Shown here: positions 22,351 through 33,265 of the stretch, piece by piece
Position numbering within the stretch: position 1 is the stretch's first letter
How the letters are laid out: each line of letters opens with the position of its first letter
NCBI RefSeq assembly: GCF_009914755.1
Contig: NC_060927.1
Origin: the human T2T-CHM13v2.0 reference genome, Homo sapiens
Length of the DNA stretch: 64,000 nt
Reading direction: 5' to 3' (one strand)
Notes under the pieces: model-generated
What the model was told of the DNA's origin: nothing
Databases searched by the model: none
Seen by the model: only the letters and a program-made list of their open reading frames with translations
Translations under genes and position numbers: made by a program

Positions 22351-25300
22351 TTTCTCACCCCATTACATACATCCACACTTCCTATCTCATATATTATATC
22401 TCATGAGCCATCCTCTCCAGTGAATTTGTGTGCTGTAATATTCTGCCTGTCAAAGATCCCAAATCACCACCACTAGCAATTCAGTGTTGTGTCACAGTAT
22501 TTCCTATAGGTTCATGGCTACTTTGAGCCTTGATCTTGAGACATTAGCAAATATTCTCTTAGTCATTATAATAATATAGCAAGTTTCGTCATTTGGCATA
22601 AATTCATAATTATTTTTGAATGGTTTAAAAAATTGTGACTTTGCCAGTAATAACATCTCATGTTCCCCAGAGGTGGTGGGTTTGTCATAAATACCATTTC
22701 CATAGAACATTTCAAGGAACCTAAAGTTCTTGGAAAATATTTTTAACAGGCAGCCATTTCTCTGACAGACTTCAAGGGCATAATAATAAATATATATATA
22801 TATATCCTTAGAAATATGTGTGTATGTATTTTATCTTATTAAGAATATTTATATGTTTTTTTATTGCTCACAATCCATTTATATTTCAATGATCCTTTTG
22901 TATTTTAGCAGATTAAAGAATCCAGGAATGGTTCTTTAGAAAATCATTCCAATGTAGCTGTTAAATTTTGTTTTTAACCTCCATTAGTCCCTTTTTTCTC
23001 TTCCCAGGTCACAGGTTATTTTCACTTAGATATTGCACGTGGGCATTTTGGAGGATTTAATATGATTCCTTCTCTTAACCTCTACTCTTCGTTGGGCTGC
23101 TTTTCTTTCCTTTATTCTCTCCTTTATTCTCTCCTTTGTAGAAAGCATGTATCCTTTTCCAGAACTTATTCTGAGCAAAAAGTTAAAACTTTTTTTAAGC
23201 CTGTGTTTTTTTTTTTAAAGGCTTTCCTTTTTTATGTGGCTTTCTTACCTTAATTGTTGTTCAGTTCACCACATTTAATAAAAAGCCAAAGCAGGGGCCA
23301 GTCACGTACCAGAATGGATAAGTTCACTGGTTTTCACCTCCTTGTAGTCTGGCTGCCTACACAGAGGCAGTGGCTAAAGTGGTATGCTTGGGAAACCAAA
23401 CGTTTCCTAACTTGTTAGTGGGAAATTCAAACTTCAGAAATTTAGAAACCACAACAACAGATGCCTATGTTTTACTGTGACTACTGAAGTCACAGTTTGC
23501 CATAGAAACAGGATGGATAGCAGCCTGAAGAGTATAAAATGTGAAACATTTTGATCCTTAGAGGACTTTTTTGGGTCCTCGATTTTAGCTGTCATAAATC
23601 AGTAAACAAGGAGCAAGGAAAATAGGGAAATTTAATACATTTAAGAGTACTTAGAGGTTCAGGCAGTTAGAGGATGAGGGTTAATGTGTGGCTTGGCTTC
23701 CTGCTGAGTAAACAATTAAATCATGAGCCACAGTGAGCATCCTACTTCTACCTTTACCCACTCTTCCTAGTTCCTGAGGATGATTGGTTTATATCTTTTC
23801 CATGATTTTTGCAAAGTGAGAGTTTGGGCCATATGCCATCTCTAATTACAGACAGGTGGAAAAGTTTTATTCTGTAATCTGCTGGAACATGAATGACCAT
23901 TTTTCTTGTGGTCTGTGTTTTGCTTGTCCTCTTGCATGCTTTGTACAAATTAAAATTATTTTGGTTATCTGAGCCTTGTTTAATTTTCCCTTGACTGTAA
24001 GTCCAGAGCATTTGGGTTATGTTTTCCTTTTCAGCAACTTCTGAATACTGAGAAGACAGAAAATGCATAAACAGTCTGATCATACTTCCTTTCCTGTAAG
24101 TTGGGTTCTTTTAAGATGAACATGTTCTAGAGGATATTAAGCTTGCATAGCAAGGAGTAATTCCATCAAAATATGACAGTGGTCAACAGCATATCTGCTA
24201 GAGGTGAGAGCAATGACTGTACCCCACTTCTCTTGGCCCTGGGTCTGCTGCTTATACTGTCCCTGAGCAGGAGTTTCACCCATTTAGTTTATCTATGTGA
24301 GAAATGTTCTGTTTGTGGCAGTTAAAGAAATGGCTATAGTATACCTCATGTATGTGCTATTTGAATACCATCCATTTTTGCCCTGACCATATCTTACCTT
24401 GTGATTTGAATTTTAAGAGAAGGCAAACTATCTCAGGTTTTAGTAGCTGAAAAAAAGGTTTTTGAAAAAAGCTCTGGCTTCACTATTCATCGCTTTTTAA
24501 AGTTTACTAATTCACAGCTAAAAACAAAGAAAGCAGAACCCCAGGTATTAAACAATTGAAAAGCCACATATCTGATGGACAGGAAATGTTGGACCAAAAT
24601 CTGCTAGTGACTTAACTATCTGACCTTACCTCATCTGCTTGTCACCTTAGCTGCAACATGGGAAGAGCAGTGCAATTTTGTCTCTAAGGTCTACAAAGCC
24701 TTTGGCAATCTCAAATCTCAGTTCCACAAAATAAATACTCCCAACAATCTTTAGAGTCCTTTCCTCCCTTCTTTCCTATATAACACTGTATACAAATTCA
24801 CATGTCAAGAGATTTTATGGCTCATCAAGTCTCAATGGTTCAAAAGAATGGAAAACCGTAATTGGAATTCCATGGGATTCAGATTTATTTGAGTCTGTTG
24901 TAGTTCACAAGTTGTAAGTATGCTGTAAAAGCAAATAAGTACTTAAAATGTTATACTAAATTCAAAGTACAATTAAACTGAAAAATTAACACCTAGGCAA
25001 AAAGTATTTAGACTGTTAATTTCAAAAGAGACTCTTTATTGTTTGTGGCTAGGATCTGATATAAGCCATTTAGCCCAGGTTGTAAAGATTTGTCTTACAG
25101 ATTTGTTTTTTGTGGGTGCATGGTAAAACAGGGAGATTCCAAACTAGCTTTTAAGCCTTTTGCAGTCACCAGCTCTCTTCGGTCCTTTACCTGCTCAGGA
25201 AGTTGTTTCTTACTTCAGATGAGTAAGACATTTTTAGGAAAGTTCTTGTGGGTTTCTCACAGGAGGGACTGCCTTGTAGCAGGGAAATCAAGGTAAAGGG

Positions 25301-28150
25301 TAACCTCTCCTTACAGAGTGGCTAAGGTTAGGCACGCTAGAGACAGATCTTCAACAAGCTTAATCCTTTACTCCACTTCACAGCTGGGTGTCTGAGAACA
25401 GGAATTCTTCATGACTGCATCCTACAAAGGACCTCCTCTTTGGCCTGAGACAGCCCCCTATATGTCAGCCCAGCAGCACCAGATGATGAAGGAGCATCAT
25501 CCCTATGGATAGACTAGCATAACCAGAAGAGTAACAGTAGCTGCTATAGGTTTGGCACTGTGCCAACTGCTTCATCACGTTTAAGCTTCAGGTTAAGAAG
25601 TGATGTTACTTTAAGCTGCCTTCCTTTCTGCATAAGTCCAGGTTGTTCTGAAGGCCAAATAATGGGTTTTTAAACTTACAGTTTGGGTGCTCTGATCTTG
25701 GCACAAGCCTTATTTGTCTTTTAACCTCAGGTTCTCCTTTCATAATAGACTTCTGAAGAATAAGTCTGCCATCTTTTTTGGAATGCTGCATTCAGTCATC
25801 TCCATTTACATTTCAGTTCCCATCTTTTCCATGAATGTTTCTTAACTTGTCTAACCCTGGCTGATTTTCCTTTTCTAAGTCCCCACAGCCCTTACAGCTT
25901 TATTACCTAAATATTCTACATTATTTTGTACTGCTTTCTAATTTGTTTTAGTATATTACTTTTGCCGTTAAGCCAACTGTAAGCTCCTTAAAGGAATAAT
26001 ACCTCTGTATCCCTCATATGGGTTGAACTCTGTGCATACTTGACCAAATGATAGAGAGGTAAAAAGAACCACTTCCTAGGGGAGTATAACCATCCCTTAG
26101 GCTGAGTGGTACCTAAAGTTCTCAGAATGACTTGTTATTAGAATGGAAGAAGGACAAGTAGAGTTTTGTTCCTCTTGTTCTTGTCACTTCTGGAAGGAGA
26201 ACCATTTAGTGAAGAGAAGAATTCACTTGGAGACAAATTTAATTAAAGTCCAGATGGGGAAAATTGGCCAGAGAATCTTAACTTTGCCTGTGATTCTTTG
26301 CATCTGTGTTCAGCCTAATGAATTTTATTGAACTGTAAAAAGAATTTTATGGGGCAGAATTTGGGGGGAGATTAGTGGAGCCCCAAATCACTTGGCAAAG
26401 TTACTCTCACTTTTATTTGAAAGCCTCAAGAATAATATGCGACTTCAAACATAATGTATTTATTTTAATAATATGAGTGTTTGAAAAGTAGATAATTTTC
26501 CTTTTAGCAGCAGTGGATTCATTTTCACAAAATTCCACAGAGTAATTCACTTCTTCTGCCATTCCCAATTAACAGACTAACAAGTTAAGACTAAGGGACT
26601 TCCACAATATCTCACTGAATGGGTGTTTGTCTTCAGCAAGAAACCAGCAACTTTCTCATGTTCTCTCTAGGCTCCTGGACCAGGCAACTCCTTCCTTTTC
26701 TTCAAATTTAACAGGCAGACACTTAAGTCTTGCGAGCCCAAATGTGATGTTTTACATTCCACTTATGATCTCTGCTCAGAGATTTGTTTTTGTTTTGATT
26801 CACATAAAAAAGCATTTTAAAAAGAAAGAGAAAAACATATTTCACCTTTAAACTTTTGTTCCAGGACTGGTGGGCCATGAGACACAATAAATCTGGCAGA
26901 TTTGCTTCTGTCAGGGCAGCCCATCTTAGAGGACTGACCTCAGCCTTGAGGCTGCTTTAGATACAGTGATTTGGAGCTCTCACAGGCCCAAGTGCTACAG
27001 CTGTGTTCATCTTTTCTCCATTTACATGTGGACTCTTTCCCTCAAATTACCCTCATTTTCTTTAGCTAATTTGTCTCTGTAGTGATATAATCAGTAGCTT
27101 TTATTTTTATATTGTCTCTTCTCTACTTGATCAGAGTTCCCATGAGGGTTATTGCTCATTATTCAATCTTTATTGAGTACTGAGAAATACTTGGGGTGGA
27201 TGACATTGTTCCCTTTTTGTAATTTGTAGAAACCAAGGGAACAGGAGGCTCACCCAGTAAATGGATGGCAGAGCTAAGAAGAGTAGAACTCTGATTTATC
27301 CACCCATTATTCTTACTCTTTTAGTCTCACCGTTGAGACACTAACATTTATCCCTGTCAATTCAGTGTCACTATTCAGCAAGGTTGGCCATTGACTATAT
27401 TCTGTTGAAGTTTTTATAAGCATTCTCCCACATTGTTTATCTTTACTTAGTTTTTATGTGTAGCTGATCTCTCCTACCTTCATTGCATTACCAGTCAATT
27501 AAAATAGAGCAGGGATGGGACCATAATTGAAGTTGTTGTCCAAGAGCTGCTAGTGATCTTAGTCCTTGTCATTAATGTGGTACCAGTCCATGCTAGTAGC
27601 TATAGCTGGGTTAGTGACATGGTATGGTGTGTGGTGAACTTAGTTGCTGGGCCTGTTTTCATGCCTTGTGCTTAGCTCAGTAAATGTTTGCTACTGCTGA
27701 GGAGAATTATAAGCCCTAGGCTAGCTTCACAGGTTGACATTGGAGTAACTTTGAAATTAAAGAAAAATCACTCTTCTGTAAAATCTGGGAGATACACTGG
27801 TTTACCCACAGAAACTTTGGAATGAAGTACATGCTTGGGAAAAGGCAGTCTGCTGCATGGCAAAGATAAGCCATTTGTGCCCCGTAAGTGCATCTTCCAG
27901 GCCTTCACCTGAGGCACAGAGATTAGAGAAATTCAGAGGAGTCCACCCTTCATTAACCACTGCACTGTGTTCTTCCATATTTTGCTTGAAGGCCATTCCA
28001 TGCCCCCGGGTGACTCACCTGATACTCCTTCACCAGGTATACAAAGTCTCATTTTATTGGGGAGGGAATTAAACTGAGGTAGATGAAGATGGGCAGAAAA
28101 GCATCTGACTTAGTCTGCCTATATAACATACACTGCCATACAAAGCAGAT

Positions 28151-28240
28151 TTCACTGCCTTGACTTAAGCTGAGCCTAACTTGGTTTCTAGTTAAGTTCA
28201 CTGCCTTGACTTAACCTGAGCCTAACTGGTTTCTGTAAGT
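28151..28240. repeat. About 46-bp imperfect tandem duplication
   Basis: ttcactgccttgacttaa(g/c)ctgagcctaact(t)ggtttct at 28151 and 28197. Confidence 0.9.
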
Positions 28241-28384
28241 CACTTCCATATGGTTGCTTTAAGTAGTGGCTGAGATTTGTTTTCAGCTCCTAAACAAAAT
28301 CTAGAAGAAGGGGCCCTCCACAGCCCACTGTTTGCAGAAACACTTTTTTTTTGTATCAAATAAGCAGCTTCTAGGTTGTAATTT

Positions 28385-28720
28385 GTTCATATATTTATCC
28401 AACACCTTTTCTGTCCCAGCAACACACCTACTAATTGTACCTCGGTACTTTCCTAGGCACTGGAGGTAAAGCTGGTTGTAAAACTGACCCTGAAGGAGTT
28501 TATAGTCCAAGAGACAGATAATAAGCAAATAAATCATTAATGAGTAATTTAATGTCACATCACAGTGCACAGTTTGAAGGAAAATAAAGCAGGGTAAGTA
28601 CCACCAGGAGCTTGTAGCCTTCATAGGTGACTTCCTCTGCAGTTTTGGGGGAGGTTGTTTTGAAGGCATTGAGTCACTTTGAATTTTGAAAGGGATCCTG
28701 CTAGCTGCGGACGTCTGAGG
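28385..28720 (-). mobile_element. L2 fragment
   Basis: ttcatatatttatccaacacc..ctaggcactggaggtaaag..ccctgaaggagtttatagtc. Confidence 0.6.
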
Positions 28721-29139
28721 AGTGCAAAATGCTTAGCTGGAAGATACTAATAGAAGGTCATTTGTCAAGTTAGTGGTTCAGACCCAAATGTCTTTGACCA
28801 CAGAGTACACAGTCTTTCCAGGGCACCTCTCACCTTCCAAGTAGAGAGTGGGATTTGCCAGCCGGAGGACCTTTAAATACACTTATTTTTTATTTTCTCT
28901 TTCCTCCCTTTATCACCTCCCTTCTGTTGTTGTAGCCTGATTAAATTGTATTGATTTTCACAATGCTTCCTTATCCTTTGCTTTTTTATTGCTTATACTT
29001 AAGAACTTTGAACCTTTCTACTTTCTTTTTTTAATGGATTTTATATCTAAATTAACACCTACAGTACTGAGGCTTTTTCTGGGGCTTCTGTTCTCCTCTC
29101 TTCCTAGCACTAATTAAGGAAAAACTACTGGTGAGCTGT

Positions 29140-29290
29140 AGCCCAAGAATGCAGGGGGCCCTGGCCCTACCTCTGCATAGCTGTGTCTCTGGGGCAAGTC
29201 ACACTGTGGACATCAGTTTCTTCTGTAAAGTGAGGCATTTGGATCAGATGACCTCCATTGCCCCTTCCAGCTGTAAAATTCTGTGGATAT
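29140..29290 (+). mobile_element. MIR/MIR3
   Basis: agctgtgtctctggggcaagtcac..cagtttcttctgtaaagtgagg..ttggatcagatgacctc. Confidence 0.7.
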
Positions 29291-29301
29291 TCTGTGCCAG
29301 G

Positions 29302-29303
<2 letters not shown>

Positions 29304-29355
<52 letters not shown>
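29304..29355. repeat. (TG)26 microsatellite
   Basis: Uninterrupted 52-nt TG run. Confidence 0.97.
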
Positions 29356-29356
<1 letters not shown>

Positions 29357-32300
29357 CTGTGGGGCCTGGGGTATCCCATTTTCCATATAGTCAAGTACCT
29401 TATCAAGGTACTTCTCAAATTCATAGTTGAATGTTTGCTGTTCTGATGTAATGTATGCTTTCTTTTGCTGATAATAACTCCTTTAGGCTAGAATAAGTAG
29501 TTATCATAAACAGACACAAGGAGTTGAGGTATGTCTGCATCCTGTCTGTCCCAATCATACACTTACCTATCTACTCCTCTACTTACCTCCCTACTGCTCC
29601 CCTGCCTGCCCCCACAAACACATCATTCCCCAAGCTTGTTTAAAAAAAATTCTATACTTAACAATTTATCATATTTTGGAGCCAGTAGAGCATAGAAATG
29701 TGAGGACGGTCAGACTGGAAAAAGAATACTGCTAATGTGTTCTCGTTCTTGGGCTCAGAATTAAAACTGCTGCTGTCCTATCTTAATCTGCTAAAGCATC
29801 TCAGAGAACAAGCATGAAGAGGGAGTGTTTCTCATATCTGAAAAAGAAACCAGGGACTTTCCTTGGTAAGCCTTCCCATTTTTGTTTGCCCAGCTTTCCC
29901 AGGCAGAGACGATGTTAGTGCAGATGAAGGTCAAGGAGAATCTCAAGTCTTTTTTTTTTTTTAAAAAAAGGAGGGATGTGCAAAGGCTGATAAGTGTTGG
30001 TGATAATCTGCTAGGAATTAGTGTACCTAACAAAATGACTCAAAACATGAATGTCCTACCTCATTTTAAGTAGAAAATGACCAGCCATAGGAGGTTCTAA
30101 AAGTCATTGCAGCACACTTTAAGCATAAGTGACTGGGTTGGTGGCTAGAAAATGTTGTGGTGATGACAGCAGCAACCACAGAAATATTGCTTTGAAGGTT
30201 TGTGATGCTGGCTGCATATGCAGTGTCTCTTCATCTTTAAATCCTTATTTAAATATAATTTACAAAAACTAAACAATCAGTTTAAATTGAAGCTGAATTC
30301 ATGGTCAAATACAAATTAAATGGACCTTAAAATCGTTTAAAATTAATATGTCCAACAGATAAGGTAGGGTGTATTAGATTTTTCAAAGATGACAGGCTCT
30401 GTGAACAACAGATGGGGCCATTTCAGTTCCTGAAGCAGGTTGAGACCAATATTGCCTTACATCCACAATATCCAGTCTTTTATAAACAGTTCTCTTCTTG
30501 CCCCTCTTCCTTTTTCCTTTAAATAGGAGGGGCTGTATGTTTTTTTTCTATTCACCTTGTAAAATGTTCACTTTGCCCTGAAGCACTAGACATGGACAGA
30601 ACATGACCTAAGCAGAATTATTGGAATCTTATTCTTCCTCCTACATTTTCAGTTTTTTTTCTTAAATCTCAAAATCCATTTATTACCAAAGGCACTTTTT
30701 TGGAGGGGAAATTACAGCAGAGAACCCTTAAACAAAATTTACAGCCTTTTGAGAAGGCAAATTAATGGGAACTGCAAGAGAACCGGAAAATTAAGTCAAG
30801 GCTTGATTTGTGTTTTCATACTGGCTGTTACTATAGTCTCCATCACAGCATTAGGAAAATAGCACAAAAATACCAGGGCTTAACAGTTAAGGTTAATCAC
30901 CACAAAAGTGCAAATGAACTTACTAAGCATAAAATTATTATGTGCTTTATTTGGAAGTGTAGAAATTCACATTCATTCTATCAAAAACATTTTCCCATCA
31001 TACAGATTGTCCCAAGGACTAAGAAATTGCTCATCCAAAGAGCCCAGTGTGAGATAGGGTATCCATGATAAGTCATACTTAGCTTTCAGTTTTAAAAGAG
31101 GTCTTATGTGATTGTTCTTTGAACCATGCTTTAAAGTTAATAAATGGGAAAAAGTGTGGAATATTAAAGAGTGTTATTTTTAAATTTTAAAAAATCGATG
31201 CTTGCCTGCTTTAAAAAAATAAAAGACACTGGGAAACACAGCTGTTAGAATTTTGATGGAAGTTATGATTTTCAACAGTTGAGTTGTAGTTTATGGTACA
31301 GATGGTACTCTGGGTATACCTGAAACAATAATTGATGGTTTCTGTTTGTCTCTTCCTCTGTTAGATTCAGAAGAGCAGAATATCTTTTTTCCAGAGCAGG
31401 AATTTTTCAGTTTCCAATTACCGCTTATATCAGATAAACAACTCTTCCATTGCATATTCTGTACTTCTCCACAGTGACATGGGTGTTGGCCCCGCTCTTC
31501 TCATTATGGTGGGCTTCCCTAGGTTTGAAATAATAGTTTGTGGAAAATCCTACTTCTCAGTACTAACCTGCAGTTTATATAGCCTATCCTCAGGCCAAAT
31601 AACATATAATTTTTCTTTTAAAATATGAAAACCAAAGTCGTGCATTGCTCCAAACAAAATTAGCAAAAACAAAAAAACTCCTATGAGGCAAAAATGATAG
31701 GCACCAATGTCATATACTTTTAAAAACCATCCAACAGAAATTATTAGAAATATACAGATATAACCCACATTTTGAGTATTTTTTAAATGCTGTGTTTCAA
31801 TGATAAAATCTGGGATCTGACATTTTCTTCTGACAATTAAATATAAAAACATGAGTTTGTAACACACACATACACCTCAGTGGTTATAGTGCTCTGCTCC
31901 TCTGTTAAACTTTTACTGTACCTCCAAACAGTTATCTTATATGGTCATTTTAGTGCCAACTAAAATGCCAGCATTTTAAAATCTCAGAGTAAATATAAAT
32001 GGCAGCCTATGAATTCTGAGTTTGAATTGTATATACTTATAAAACATAGAGACTGTTTTAAAAGGGACAATTCTGTCACATAGTTGTTAAAGTTTTATTT
32101 TACAATATATGTTTAGACCAGATAAGGATTGAATGATGAATCAATTTTTCATCTCCTATTCCAGTGTTCTAAAGTTGACATAACCTTTTTATTTTTAATT
32201 CCTACGTTGACTTTTAGTTGGAAAAAATGAAGTAAAATATTATGGAGATTTTTCTGCCAAGTGTTCAGTTATCATACTGTAAGAGTTCATTGGTAGCAAT

Positions 32301-33103
32301 AGCCTCTTCAGGATTTAGATGTAACTAATTATGGTTTAAAATGTTACTGATTAATACAGTTACTCTATAAGTTTTACCTTTTAAATTGGCATTTTTTACA
32401 TAATATACTACTATCCAAAATATTACTCTAGAAATGATAGCTGTAAGTGAGGTTTGTCATTTTTCCAATGCCTGGACTTGAAGCAGAAAGTTAGAACTCA
32501 AAACTATGATAGTTACTTCCTTGTACAAATTGACATATGCTTTTACGACAAAATAGCGTTTGTACGATTTTTTGAAGCTTAAAAAGATTTTACTTTTTAA
32601 GTTAGATTCGTCTTAATTCCAAGATGTATTCCTAACAGTGTTTTTCTAGTCGTTTATATTAACATTTACAAAAAGAGGGGAAAACCTGGCACTAACAAAT
32701 TTTCGCATTCTGCTCATGTAAGACAAGCGAGTTTGAGTCCGGAGGAGAGATAGGGTTGCTGCAGTACAATATAGTCTCCCCCACCCTTTCCCCAAAGATT
32801 TCTCAATATGGGCAGGATTCAATGTGTAGCTCACTTGGAAAGCGTATGTAATACAGTCACCTCCCACCTCTCAACATTTAAAATTAAATCTCTAATCTGT
32901 TTTCTCCTCCAGAGAAAACTTCTACTTTCAAGTTTTGTGTGAGTTGGAAACGGTTTTGAACCTAGAATTCATTGGATGCGCTTTGCGAAACCTGTCTGCA
33001 GTTTGTGATGCTGAGACAGCTTTAACAGCCACCCACAGACTTGCTACCTGGCTGTCTGACAGCAGTGCCCCTTGGTGGAGCGAAGTTGCTCTCCCGGGCT
33101 TAC

Positions 33104-33240
33104 CTGAACTGCCTGCGCCGGGGCCGGGCGGGGGCCGGGCCGGGGCCGCTGTAGTGCCGCGCTGCGAGCCGACTGTGCGCGCTCCGAGAGTCGCCCGAAC
33201 AATGCGAGCGGGGCGCTGAGCGCGCCCGGCCTATGGGCGT
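33104..33240 (-). other. FILIP1L: Alternative AUG-less first exon of FILIP1L (TSS approximate)
   Basis: Donor CAG|GTAAGC at 33104/33103 and a weaker alternative CAG|GTAGCA at 33048/33047. No AUG on the minus strand in 33104-33260. Confidence 0.75.
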
Positions 33241-33247
33241 TACGTCA
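33240..33247. promoter_or_regulatory. CRE / ATF-CREB site TTACGTCA (TGACGTAA)
   Basis: One-mismatch CRE, 8 bp from the CArG box. Confidence 0.75.
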
Positions 33248-33255
33248 CTGTTCTG

Positions 33256-33265
33256 CCTTATAAGG
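33256..33265. promoter_or_regulatory. CArG box (SRF site) CCTTATAAGG, also TATA-like
   Basis: Exact CC(A/T)6GG, perfectly palindromic, inside the CpG island. Confidence 0.8.

Noticed and set aside
16345-24087. Exact 16-mer cagtctgatcatactt at 16345 and 24072
   Set aside because: Roughly one such match is expected by chance in 64 kb, and the flanks do not align.
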